From contig SFID01000001.1 in NCBI GenBank assembly GCA_004555425.1, forward strand, positions 7,635 through 71,634: a stretch of 64,000 bases of DNA, given 5' to 3'. A program made the position numbers and the translations under genes. The notes beneath the pieces are model-generated. The model was given only the letters and a program-made list of their open reading frames with translations, did no database searches and was not told the origin of the DNA. Source of the DNA: Bacteroidales bacterium (lineage in GTDB: Bacteria; Bacteroidota; Bacteroidia; Bacteroidales; Bacteroidaceae). Within the stretch, counting starts at the first letter, position 1; each line of letters starts with the position of its first letter. Positions 19,141-29,053 of this stretch are shown in pieces.

Positions 19141-19611
19141 ATGAACACGCTCATCATTATTCTGATCCTCCTTGCGTTAGTATTGTTCGCGCTTGAGATT
19201 TTCGTTTTCCCTGGCTTTGGCATTTCAGGTATTGGCGGCATTGCCAGTTTGGGCAGTGCCATATACCTTATATATAATGAGTATGGTGGCAACGCGGCCC
19301 TTGGCACGCTCGTAGCCTCTGGGCTGGTGCTGGCTCTCTGTATCTGGTGGGTGATGCGCTCAAAGGCCATTGAGCGTGTTTCTCTCAAGAGTACGATTGA
19401 CAGCACAGCCGCCACGCAGGCCCAACTCTCCGTGAAGGTGGGCGACAAAGGAAAGGCCCTCACCCGTCTGGCCCTCATCGGCAACGCACGTATCAACGGA
19501 CAGGTCGTGGAGGTGAAATCCTCGGGCGAATTCCTCTCGGAAGGCACACCGATACAGGTTATCGCTGTCAACGAAGCCCTGATTATTGTCGAGGAACTCC
19601 ACGAGGATTAA
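19141..19611 (+). CDS. NfeD-like membrane protein
   Basis: LEIFVFPGFGISGI TM region; C-terminal OB fold GKALTRLALIGNARING. Confidence 0.85.
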   Translation: MNTLIIILILLALVLFALEIFVFPGFGISGIGGIASLGSAIYLIYNEYGGNAALGTLVASGLVLALCIWWVMRSKAIERVSLKSTIDSTAATQAQLSVKVGDKGKALTRLALIGNARINGQVVEVKSSGEFLSEGTPIQVIAVNEALIIVEELHED

Positions 19612-19725
19612 GGGCTGGGCACTTCGTCGCGCAGATAAGGCACTTGGTTTTTCCTCGGAGCAAGAAATCGGATCTGTCTGGTTCAAGAAACATAACGACT
19701 TTACTAATCTATAATTCTATCGCGT

Positions 19726-21600
19726 ATGAAAAAAACTCTACTCTCTTTACAGAGCGTGCTGTCGCGGTGCTGCCTATTGCTGGCACTCTTGGCCGTTTCC
19801 GTATCGGCCGTTGCACAGCAGGAAACGCTCAACTTCACCTATTTCCAACTGACGGAAGAAGAATCCGACGACTATCAGCAGCTCGGCCTGGGCGATAATT
19901 CCGTTGTGAATGAGGTATATAGCGTGGCCATCTTTGTGCCCGCAGAACTGGCAGGCAAGAAAATCGAAGAGGTTTCCTTCGTTGTCAATTCTCCCTCCAA
20001 TGTGACGGATCTCAAGGTTTGGGCTTCTACCAAATTACCCTCGTCCGCTTCTGCCGCCACCCTCTTCTGTCAGGACGTGACAGCCAGTGCGGATGTCAAG
20101 GAACGTATCTCCACGCAAATTGAAGGCGACCACGTGGTTCCGACCAAGGGATGCTACGTGGGCTATTCCTTGAAAGTGACCAGTATCGCGCTTTCCACTG
20201 GCAAGAATCCCGTAATTGTGGACCAAGGCCCAGGTTGTGCGGGTGGTTGCTTCATCAAAACCTCTACCCTAATTACCGATTGGACGGATTTGGCGTTAGA
20301 TTTGGATCTCAATACTTCAATAGCCGTCACCCTCACGGGCGAGAATTTCAACAGCAATGCGGCTAAGTTCCAATCTACGTCCTTCTCAGAAAAGGTTGCT
20401 CTAAAGGGAACTAATACGTCTGCCACAGTTTCCATATTCAACAATGGTTATCAACCGATTTCCTCCTTCTCCTATGTGCTGGAGAACCTTGCCACGAGCG
20501 AAACTTTCGCTGAGAAAACCATCAATCTCAGTGGCACGTCTGTCATCAAGCCTTATGTGGGTGACTACGTCCAACTTCCGATTCCCGCCAACACTGCTGG
20601 TTTCCACAATTACCGCTTCAAACTCACGAAGGTCAATGGCGTGGCCAACGAAATGACGAAGGATGTGACCCTGACGGGCAATGTTCTGTGTCTGAACAAG
20701 AGCGAGAAGCGCACAGTCCTTGAAGAGGAATTTACGGGAACTTGGTGCGGCTGGTGTCCGATGGGTATTGTCGGAATGAATCGCTGTATGGAGCAATATC
20801 CTGACGATTGGATTGGCATTGCTATCCATGACGGTGATTATATCACGTCCAACGATTTCAAGCCCTTGGTGAACAAGGTGTCGGGATTTCCTTCCTGTTT
20901 CGTGGACCGTGCAGCGGACATCTATCCGCTTTATGTGGCGCAGTATATGCCGCAGTTCCTCCAAAATCCCTCTGAGGCTGCGCTCCGTGTGAACGCCTAC
21001 TGGAACGAAACGCAAGACTCCATCATCGTTATCTCCGAGACCACGTTCAATGTGGACCGCGACGATGCTCCTTATGGCGTGGCCTACGTGCTCGTTGGCG
21101 ATGATATCAACAGCGGTACTGCTGGTAAGCAAAACAACTACCTGAGTGGGCAAAGTTACAGCGATGCGGACCTGCAAGAATGGGCCAATAAGCCATCAAG
21201 AGTGACGATGAACTATGATCATGTGGGCATTGCTGCTCTCTCGATTATGGAAGGCGTGGAAGGCTCTATCCAAGCGCCCATCGTGGCAGGCCGCACGCAG
21301 AAGCACACGGCTTTGTTCGACATCACGGATGGCTTCCGCTCCACCAGGGGTGTGGAGATGATTCAGGATGTTGACCGCCTGAGCGTTGTGGCTATACTTA
21401 TCAACAGAAACAACGGCCGCGTAGTCAACGCCGCTAAGACAACTATTGCTGAATATGTGGCAGGAATTGAGAATCTGCAAGGCGAAGACACGCAAATCCT
21501 TGAGCACTACACCATCGATGGTAAGCGCACCAATGGTTTTGTCAAGGGTCTGAACATCCTCAAGTTGTCCAACGGCAAGGTTGTCAAGGTTCTCAAGTAA
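19726..21600 (+). CDS. Omp28-related thioredoxin-fold T9SS cargo protein
   Basis: EEFTGTWCGWCP, GFPS, SVVAILIN...VVNA; C-terminal YTIDGKR...KGLNILKLSNGKVVKVLK sorting domain. Confidence 0.8.
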   Translation: MKKTLLSLQSVLSRCCLLLALLAVSVSAVAQQETLNFTYFQLTEEESDDYQQLGLGDNSVVNEVYSVAIFVPAELAGKKIEEVSFVVNSPSNVTDLKVWASTKLPSSASAATLFCQDVTASADVKERISTQIEGDHVVPTKGCYVGYSLKVTSIALSTGKNPVIVDQGPGCAGGCFIKTSTLITDWTDLALDLDLNTSIAVTLTGENFNSNAAKFQSTSFSEKVALKGTNTSATVSIFNNGYQPISSFSYVLENLATSETFAEKTINLSGTSVIKPYVGDYVQLPIPANTAGFHNYRFKLTKVNGVANEMTKDVTLTGNVLCLNKSEKRTVLEEEFTGTWCGWCPMGIVGMNRCMEQYPDDWIGIAIHDGDYITSNDFKPLVNKVSGFPSCFVDRAADIYPLYVAQYMPQFLQNPSEAALRVNAYWNETQDSIIVISETTFNVDRDDAPYGVAYVLVGDDINSGTAGKQNNYLSGQSYSDADLQEWANKPSRVTMNYDHVGIAALSIMEGVEGSIQAPIVAGRTQKHTALFDITDGFRSTRGVEMIQDVDRLSVVAILINRNNGRVVNAAKTTIAEYVAGIENLQGEDTQILEHYTIDGKRTNGFVKGLNILKLSNGKVVKVLK

Positions 21601-21666
21601 CGCTCTGCCCGAACCAATTTCCCAGCAGGCTTTCCCATCCGCCTGCAAAGGGAAACCATAAAAATC

Positions 21667-21707
21667 AGCCAGGGGCTGTGTCTGCGCGACACGGCCCCTG
21701 GCTTTTT
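21667..21707 (+). terminator. Intrinsic terminator
   Basis: AGCCAGGGGCTGTGTC-loop-GACACGGCCCCTGGCT followed by T run. Confidence 0.75.
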
Positions 21708-21802
21708 CTTGGCTTCTCCCGAAATTCTTCTTCCGTCTCCTGAAATTCTTCTTCCGTTTCCCGAAATCCTTCGAACCTTGCGCTCTCTCCTTGGGTTAAA
21801 GT

Positions 21803-22810
21803 TTACCCGCGCTGTCCCTTGCGCATAATCAGCAATGCCACGGGGACGCCCACCAGGGCCGTAATGGCGTTGAGCGGGAGAACCATTCCTGCGCCGCCGA
21901 TGAGGCTTATCAGATGGCAGGCAAGGGAGATGTCGGCTCCCCAAAGCAGGGTGGCGGGCAACAGCAGGCGATGGTCGGCTGTGCGAAGCGTCAAGCGGGC
22001 CACGTGGGGCACGGCCAGACCGATGAAAGCGATAGGGCCGCACAGTGCGGTGCACACTGCACAGAGTCCACCGCCCAAGGTGAGAATCGCCATCCGCAGG
22101 GGGCGCAGACGGTAACCCAGATTCTGCGCATAGGCATCGCCGAGCAGGAGCGCGTTGAGCGGTTTGCCCAGACACAATGACACCAGCAGACCCACGGCTA
22201 CCAAAGCCGCGAAAACGGGCAAGGCATCTGTGCCCACACTCCCATACGAACCCATGCCCCAAACGACATAACTGCGCAGCCCATCGGCACTGGCGAAGAA
22301 ACTCAGCAGGGTGACCACGGCTCCCACGGCGTAACTAATCATCACGCCCGCCACAAGCAGCATCAAGTGGTGGCGCAACACACTGGCGCAGATAGCCAGC
22401 ACGACCATCACCCCTGCGGCACCGACAAATGCGCCGAGGCTGACCGTCAGCAGGCCGCCCGTTCCCACCACGCCGCCGCCCAGTGCACCGCCCATCAGGA
22501 GCAGACAAACGGCTGCGCCCAGCCCTGCGCCGGCATTGACGCCGAGGATGGAGGGATCGGCCAGGGGATTATCGAACACGGTCTGCATCAGCAGGCCTGC
22601 CACTCCCAATGCGCTGCCTGCCAATAGGGCCGTCAGCAGCGCGGGCAGGCGCAGTTCGCACACGATGCTGTGCGCCAGCGGGTCGCTGCCTGCCGTCCCC
22701 ATCATTGCCTCCCATACTTCGGCAGGCGCAATCCATTGGCTACCGCACAGCAAACCGCCCACGAACAGTGCGGGCAGCAGGAGCAAGGGGAGGAGAAGGG
22801 AATGACGCAT
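21803..22810 (-). CDS. FecCD/BtuC-family ABC transporter permease
   Basis: RLP..LTA...G..L...G..MQ..F.NPLADPSILG, GPIAFIGLAVPH motifs. Confidence 0.92.
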   Translation of the reverse strand: MRHSLLLPLLLLPALFVGGLLCGSQWIAPAEVWEAMMGTAGSDPLAHSIVCELRLPALLTALLAGSALGVAGLLMQTVFDNPLADPSILGVNAGAGLGAAVCLLLMGGALGGGVVGTGGLLTVSLGAFVGAAGVMVVLAICASVLRHHLMLLVAGVMISYAVGAVVTLLSFFASADGLRSYVVWGMGSYGSVGTDALPVFAALVAVGLLVSLCLGKPLNALLLGDAYAQNLGYRLRPLRMAILTLGGGLCAVCTALCGPIAFIGLAVPHVARLTLRTADHRLLLPATLLWGADISLACHLISLIGGAGMVLPLNAITALVGVPVALLIMRKGQRG

Positions 22811-22953
22811 ATATTATATAATAGGTATAGGGTTATGTGCTTCTTCTGGATGATCTAGAATCTCTAGATTCTCTAGATTCTCTAGAATTTCTAGGAAATC
22901 TAGGAAATCTAGAAAATCTAGGAAATCCAGCCCGAGGGGAAAGCCCCTCCGAA

Positions 22954-24063
22954 TCACTGGCCCATCGGCTGATAATAGCGCGGCGAATAGCCAGGAAAAA
23001 GTTGCGGATGGCAGATGGCGGCCACGTCGCGCAGCAAATAGTCGGGATGGAAGGGTACTTCCTCATAATAGGCCGTGCGCAGGGTGTTGCAGGTATAGGC
23101 GCGGCCTCTCTGAAGGGCTGCAAAGCGTGCGTAGAGCGGTTGTTCGTCCACGAGTGTGCTTGCGGTGATGTCCTTGTCGGCTCCATATTTCAGCAGCCAT
23201 ACGTCGGCGTTGGCCCCTTTGGCCAGAACCGTTTCCAGCGAGAGGAAGATGCTGCCGCGGTCGCCGTTGTCGGCAAACACATAGCGGGCGCCTGCATCGG
23301 CAAAGAGGCTGGCGAGATAACTCCTGCCGCCGGGCATGGGCCACGAACCGCCTTGCACGTAGTCGCACAGGAGGCGGGGATGCTCGGGCGCGGCTTCTGC
23401 ACAATGGCGAATGCTGTCGTACTGCTGCCTCACAGTTTCGAAGAGGCTGTCGGCGCGCTCGCCCTGTCCCACCAGTCGGCCGTAGAACCGCATCCATTCG
23501 GCGCGGCCCAGCGGCGTGTCTTCCATGTAGTCTGCGCAAAGTACGGCCGTGATGCCGCGCGGCAGGGCGGGCCCGCTGCTGCCTTCGTAGGGCGACACGA
23601 GGGCTACCTCGCTCTTGGTGCGGAGCATTCCTTCGCGGTCGGGCTGCATGGAAGAGCCTATCGCTGTGATACGTCCATCGGCTAGGGCGCGCCGCAGCGT
23701 GTCGCTCATCACGTATTCGGCATCGGCCAAGGCTGCCACGCGCTGGCCTGCTCCGAGCTCGAAGAACAGGGCGGCATGAACGCTCGACAGCACCGTTGCT
23801 CGCTCCACGGGCACGGCTATGCGCTGTGCGCCGCGTACCAATATGCTGTCGGGGATAGCCACTTTTTCAGCGCGGTCGGCCAAGAGGTATCGCCCCAGCG
23901 CCTCGCCATTCTTCCACGGGCTGCGCACCTCCACGTAGGTCCAGCCCGCGCCTTCCTCTAACGTCAGCAGCGTGGCATAACGCATACCTGTGCCCTTCGT
24001 TTCTTCGCGAGGGGCACAGGCACAGAGGAGGAGGGGGATTAGGAGGAGGCTGATGCTGCGCAT
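22954..24063 (-). CDS. Iron/cobalamin ABC substrate-binding lipoprotein (BtuF-like)
   Basis: Lipobox LCAC, DYMEDTPLGRAEW, YYEE.PFHPD..LRD...I.HP. Confidence 0.85.
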   Translation of the reverse strand: MRSISLLLIPLLLCACAPREETKGTGMRYATLLTLEEGAGWTYVEVRSPWKNGEALGRYLLADRAEKVAIPDSILVRGAQRIAVPVERATVLSSVHAALFFELGAGQRVAALADAEYVMSDTLRRALADGRITAIGSSMQPDREGMLRTKSEVALVSPYEGSSGPALPRGITAVLCADYMEDTPLGRAEWMRFYGRLVGQGERADSLFETVRQQYDSIRHCAEAAPEHPRLLCDYVQGGSWPMPGGRSYLASLFADAGARYVFADNGDRGSIFLSLETVLAKGANADVWLLKYGADKDITASTLVDEQPLYARFAALQRGRAYTCNTLRTAYYEEVPFHPDYLLRDVAAICHPQLFPGYSPRYYQPMGQ

Positions 24064-24179
24064 TTTTTCTTGTGGGGAGAGGATTTTAGAGGATTGGAGA
24101 GGAAGAAAGAGGAAGAAAGAGGAAGAAAGAGGATTGGAGAGGAAACTCCTAACTCCTAATTCCTAACTCCTAACTATCT

Positions 24180-25223
24180 TCATTCCGTTAGCGTAATCTC
24201 GCCGGCGATGTCCGTGTTCATGAGTTCTATGATGCGCTCCTTCGAATAGCCGTGGCCTAGGAGGAACATGAGTTTCGTTACCACGCTTTCCATCGTGCTG
24301 TCGTAGCCATTGATGGCGCCCGCTTGCAGGAGTTGCAGGCCCGTTTCGTAGCGGCCCATCTCCACGGTGCCAGTGGAGCATTGCGTCACATTGACCAGGA
24401 TGACGCCCTGTCGGTCGAGTTCGCGCAGGCGGTCGAAGAGCCAGGGCTTCTGCGGCGCGTTGCCCGAGCCGAACGTCTGCAGGATGACCGCCTTGATGCC
24501 TTGCTGCTGGAGGATGCCGTCGATGATTTCGCGCCGCATACCAGGGAAGAGCGTCAGGATGAGAATGTTGCTGTCCATCAGATAGTGTGGGCAGAATGGG
24601 CGTGTGGGGTCGGGCCGGCGGATGAGGTGGGTGTCGTACTTGATATGAATGCCCGCCTTGGCCAGTGCGGGGAGGTTGTAGGAGCGGAAGGCGTTGAAGC
24701 CCTCGGCGTTAATCTTCGTCGTGCGGTTGCCGCGCAGCAGTTTGTTTTCGAAGAAGATGCACACTTCGGGCACCATCGGCTGGCCGTCGGCCGTCTTGGC
24801 TGCTGCAATCTCAATGCTTGTCAGGAGGTTTTCCTTGCCGTCCGTGCGCAACTGGCCGATGGGCAACTGCGAGCCAGTGAAGATGACGGGCTTGCCCAGA
24901 TTCTCGAGCATGAAACTCAGGGCCGATGCCGTGAAGGCCATCGTGTCCGTGCCATGCAGGATGACGAAACCATCGTAGCGGTCGTATTCCTTGCTAATGA
25001 TCTGGGCAATCCTCACCCAGTATTTCGGCTCCATATCGCTCGAGTCGATGGGCGGGCCAAACATGATGGAGTCGATATGAAAGTTGAACCGCTTGAGTTC
25101 GGGCACGTGCTGTTGGAACTGTTCCCAGTGGAAGTTCTCAAGCGCGCCCGTTTCGGGATTCTCAATCATACCAATGGTGCCACCCGTATAGATGAGCAAG
25201 ATGGAAGGGGAGGGGTTGTTCAT
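24180..25223 (-). CDS. ansA: L-asparaginase type I
   Basis: IYTGGTIGM, HGTDTM, TGSQLP, FGSGN motifs; no signal peptide. Confidence 0.95.
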   Translation of the reverse strand: MNNPSPSILLIYTGGTIGMIENPETGALENFHWEQFQQHVPELKRFNFHIDSIMFGPPIDSSDMEPKYWVRIAQIISKEYDRYDGFVILHGTDTMAFTASALSFMLENLGKPVIFTGSQLPIGQLRTDGKENLLTSIEIAAAKTADGQPMVPEVCIFFENKLLRGNRTTKINAEGFNAFRSYNLPALAKAGIHIKYDTHLIRRPDPTRPFCPHYLMDSNILILTLFPGMRREIIDGILQQQGIKAVILQTFGSGNAPQKPWLFDRLRELDRQGVILVNVTQCSTGTVEMGRYETGLQLLQAGAINGYDSTMESVVTKLMFLLGHGYSKERIIELMNTDIAGEITLTE

Positions 25224-25236
25224 AAGCAAAAGTAGC

Positions 25237-25428
25237 AGGTAGGGTCGATAAATTAGTATCAAGGGGAAGGCAGGGTCTCTATTCTGTTTGGATGTCGTCA
25301 CGCCTCTCGCACCGTATCTTTTTGTTTTTCACTGAAATCACGTAGCCCGCTACGCTTCCTTATGGAAAACAAACATCTACGCCACGATAGCCGCGAATCC
25401 ATCGCCAGTTCATTTATAGAACCTACCT
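25237..25428. repeat. AGGTAGGTTCTATA-ended palindromic/MITE-like element
   Basis: Shares interior and right end (GATAGCCGCGAATCC...TTTATAGAACCTACCT) with 50069-50240 and 51645-51803. Confidence 0.7.
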
Positions 25429-25566
25429 TAAGTTGCAAACTTACGAAAATAAACTGAAACAGCCTGCCCGCTCGGCGAAAATCTGCGAATTTGGCCCACG
25501 GCTTCGTGTCACGGCTTCGTGTGAAGTGCCACGAAACAGCGGTCATAAGCCGCACCACTACCCGCG

Positions 25567-25941
25567 CCTCGTAATATAACACATGGCAGAGGCTCGCGTG
25601 TGCAAAACTCGTCTTTTAACATTTCATGGATTGTTGCGAAATGTTAAAGGGATTTGCATTTCGCGGAAAAATATATTATCTTTGTACTAGCGAAGAGGAA
25701 AGAGTCCCAAACACGGGGTTTTTTCCTCTTTTTTTTGCCCCATATAAAGGAAGAAATACATCGGAAGTAGAAAATTCTATATGCTTTTGCGGATTTTCTA
25801 AATGCTTTTGCGGAAATTTTCTTGGCTTTATCGGTGAGCGGATTGGCGATATAGAGATTTTTTCGCGGCCGAAAATATAAAAGATATTAAAAGTTTTCGC
25901 GCGAAAAAAGTTGGATTTAACATTTCGGGTAACTACTCAGG
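25567..25941 (+). repeat. ~375-bp dispersed 'leader' element, copy B
   Basis: CCTCGTAATATAACAC...TATCTTTGTACTAGCGAAGAGG hairpin...CATTTCGGGTAACTACTCAGG. Confidence 0.9.
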
Positions 25942-26260
25942 TTGCTCCAGATACCGAGTCAACGTGTGGCACTGCGGTGTGCGTTGTTTCTTTAAACACG
26001 AATCTTTCTAATTTTCCTAATCGCGCGGGGTAGAACCTCCAAGTAGGAGGTAATTCGATTCGTGTTTCTTTTAACACGAATCTTTCTAATTTTACTAATC
26101 GCGCGGGGTAAAACCTCCAAGTGGGCGTGTTAAAGAAACACGAATCGAATTGTTTCCTTGTTGGAGGCTAACCCCGCGCAATTAGAAAGATTCGTAAGAT
26201 TCGTGTTAAAATAAATACCGCAAACCGAAGGTCCACACGTCGCCTCGCAATCTAGAACGA

Positions 26261-26295
26261 CCTGAGTAGTAACCATTTCGGGGTAACTACTCAGG
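26261..26295. repeat. 13-9-13 site CCTGAGTAGTAAC-CATTTCGGG-GTAACTACTCAGG
   Basis: Variant of the 14818 site. Confidence 0.85.
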
Positions 26296-26466
26296 TAGAC
26301 CCCGTGTTTACTATTCGTCCATATATTGCACCTGCCTAAATGCGAAACCGCAGGTTTGGGGCCGAGAAAATTGCGGTACAGGCAGAGATACCTCGGAGAA
26401 AATGTGTAATTTTGCCCATTCCCTTAAAATGGAATAATAGCCCCTGCCAAGAATTATCCTTACGCT

Positions 26467-26898
26467 ATGAATGTAGAAATTGTCAACCATTCGCACCACG
26501 CCTTGCCCGACTACGCCACCCTCCTGAGCGCAGGCATGGACCTGCGTGCCAATCTTGAATCCCCCATCACCCTTGCCCCGCTCGAGCGGCGCCTTATCCC
26601 CACGGGTTTGCACATTGCCCTGCCTGCTGGCTACGAGGCGCAGGTGCGGCCGCGCTCGGGCATGGCCCTCAAGCACGGCATCGGTGTGCTCAATTCGCCG
26701 GGCACGATTGACGCAGACTATCGCGGCGAAATCGGCATTATCCTGGTCAATCTCTCCAACGAGCCCTTTGTTGTCAACGATGGCGACCGCATCGCCCAGA
26801 TGGTCATTGCGCGCCACGAGCGCGTGGAGTGGGTGGCCGTGGAGAGCCTCGACGAGACCCAACGCGGTGCGGGCGGTTTCGGACATACGGGCCGTTGA
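26467..26898 (+). CDS. dut: dUTP diphosphatase
   Basis: [35 protein letters not shown]. Confidence 0.98.
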   Translation: MNVEIVNHSHHALPDYATLLSAGMDLRANLESPITLAPLERRLIPTGLHIALPAGYEAQVRPRSGMALKHGIGVLNSPGTIDADYRGEIGIILVNLSNEPFVVNDGDRIAQMVIARHERVEWVAVESLDETQRGAGGFGHTGR

Positions 26899-26970
26899 AT
26901 GTGCACCGCCGACCATGATTGCGGCCCTTGTGCTGGCTCTTTCATCCTCCCCCTAAAAAAGAATCCTATC

Positions 26971-28719
26971 ATGCGAAACGCATTCCTCAGCCTCCTCCTT
27001 TTCCTCGTACTTCTGACCGCCTGCGTCACCAGGCAGCCAGCACAGACCAGTGTGGCCGCGCCGCAGTTGCCCGACAGCGTGCAGCAGGTGTACAACCGCC
27101 TCTTCCTCGAGGGCGTGTGTCAGATGCAGAGCACTCACTACGATGCTGCCTACGACCTCTTCAAGGAAGCCATCCGCCTCAACCCGCAAGCCTCCGAAGC
27201 CTATTTCGAACTGGGCCTGATGCTCATGCAATCTGATAAAAAAACAGGCGAAAGTGGTTTGCCGCTCCTGGAGCGCGCCGTGCAACTGGCTCCCGACAAC
27301 GAGGACTATCTCCTCATGCTCATCCGTGCCTATCTCGGGGCGGATGAAATGGCGAAGATGGAGCCCCTGTGCCAACGCCTGCTCGCCAAACGTTATTCCG
27401 AACCCACCTGCGAGATGCTCTACTACTCGTTCATTAAGCAGGAAAAATTCGAGGAGGCCATACGTGTGATTGACCGCATGGAGCAACACGAGGGCGAAGC
27501 CACCGACGAGAGTGTGGCGCGCCGCTTCTATGCCCTCAGCAAGATGGCCGATACCTGCAAGGTCTTCCAAATGGCCGAGGATTACTACCAGCGCGACACG
27601 ATGAGCGTGGCAACTCTCCATTCCTACAATTTCCTCGCGCTGAGCCAGCAGAGCCATCTGCCCATTGTGGCCAACCATCTGCGGAATGCCATTCGCCGTT
27701 TGCCCGACAATGTTGAACTGCGGATGGCCCTCTTCTACAATACGCAATGCCAGCCCAGTTGCCGCGAAGAAAACCATACCCTCCTGCGCAATCTCCTCTG
27801 CAGCAACGACCTGACGGCCGAACAGAAAATGGAAATGGCCCAGACCAGCCTCATGCCCGTGGGCAATGTGCCTGCCGATACTGCCTACACTATGCAGGTC
27901 CTTGAGGAAGCACTCCGGCAACCGCAAACGGAGACCACGCTCTGGGCCTTGTATGGTCAACTGCTCTCTCAGCAGGGAGCGTCCGCCGAAGCCATATTCT
28001 CTGTTTACGAGGAAATGCTCAAGATAGCCCCCGAAGATTTGGATGCACGCCTCGGTTATCTGCGCACATTATTGATGAACGAAAATTTTGAACGGGCCTC
28101 CACGTTGTGCGAAGAGGGTTGTCGCTACCATCCCGACCAAATCGTGTTCGCCTTCTACGGTGCCCTGTCGCTCATGCAGTTGGGGGACGATGATGCAGCC
28201 GCCAATATGTTGGAGAGTTCCCTTTCCCAACTCACCGATATGGGCAATACGCCCGTGATAGCCGATTGCTATCAGACGTTGGGCGACCTCCGCTACAAGC
28301 AGGGGCGCAAGGAGGAAGCCTTTGCGGCCTACGACAGTTGCCTGGTGTATGATGCCGAGAACGCCCTCTGCCTCAACAACTACGCCTACTACCTCTCGCT
28401 CGAGAAGCGCGACCTAGACCGAGCCGCCGAAATGGGTAGCCAGGCCGTCCTCCTCAATCCCAAAGAAGCTTCCTGCCTCGATACCTATGCCTGGATTCTC
28501 TACCTGAAGCAGCAATACGCCCAAGCGGCCATCTACATCCAGCAGGCACTGGACATCTTGGACGACGACGGCAACCAATTCGTCATCTACGACCATGCAG
28601 GCGACATCTTCTGGCGCTGCAACCGCAAGGACGATGCCCGAACCTGCTGGCGCAAGGCCCTGGAACAAACGCACGATGCCGAGGAAGAGCGCGCGGTGCA
28701 GCTGAAACTAGGTCGCTAG
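26971..28719 (+). CDS. Tetratricopeptide-repeat lipoprotein
   Basis: Lipobox LTAC, TPRs, LNNYAYYL, LDTYAWI, HAGDI; conserved dut-TPR-DUF4292-envC context. Confidence 0.88.
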   Translation: MRNAFLSLLLFLVLLTACVTRQPAQTSVAAPQLPDSVQQVYNRLFLEGVCQMQSTHYDAAYDLFKEAIRLNPQASEAYFELGLMLMQSDKKTGESGLPLLERAVQLAPDNEDYLLMLIRAYLGADEMAKMEPLCQRLLAKRYSEPTCEMLYYSFIKQEKFEEAIRVIDRMEQHEGEATDESVARRFYALSKMADTCKVFQMAEDYYQRDTMSVATLHSYNFLALSQQSHLPIVANHLRNAIRRLPDNVELRMALFYNTQCQPSCREENHTLLRNLLCSNDLTAEQKMEMAQTSLMPVGNVPADTAYTMQVLEEALRQPQTETTLWALYGQLLSQQGASAEAIFSVYEEMLKIAPEDLDARLGYLRTLLMNENFERASTLCEEGCRYHPDQIVFAFYGALSLMQLGDDDAAANMLESSLSQLTDMGNTPVIADCYQTLGDLRYKQGRKEEAFAAYDSCLVYDAENALCLNNYAYYLSLEKRDLDRAAEMGSQAVLLNPKEASCLDTYAWILYLKQQYAQAAIYIQQALDILDDDGNQFVIYDHAGDIFWRCNRKDDARTCWRKALEQTHDAEEERAVQLKLGR

Positions 28720-28869
28720 CGACCTAGTTTCAACGGAAGCCGCAGGCTTCCTTAGTTTCAGACGGGGACTGCGTCCCCTAGTTTCAGCGGAAGCCTGCGG
28801 CTTCCTAGTTTCAGGGAATCCCTTCGGGCTTCCTGTTTCAACGCAGCCTTTGGCTGCTGGCTCGATAGA
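28701..28869 (-). repeat. TGAAACTAG hairpin array (reverse orientation)
   Basis: Repeated CTAGTTTCA with hairpins GGAAGCCGCAGGCTTCC, GGGGACTGCGTCCCC; ends GCTCGATAG. Confidence 0.8.
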
Positions 28870-29053
28870 CTTTTAGTTAGGAGTTAGGAGTTAGGAGTTG
28901 CCTTTCAATGAGGATGAACTCTTAATATTCTCTTCCAATTCCTCATTTCTAACTCCTCATTCCCAATTTCTCATTCCTCATTCCTCATTCCTCATTCCTA
29001 ATTCCTAATTGAATAAGACTCCTAACTCCTAACTCCTAACTCCTAACTAACAA

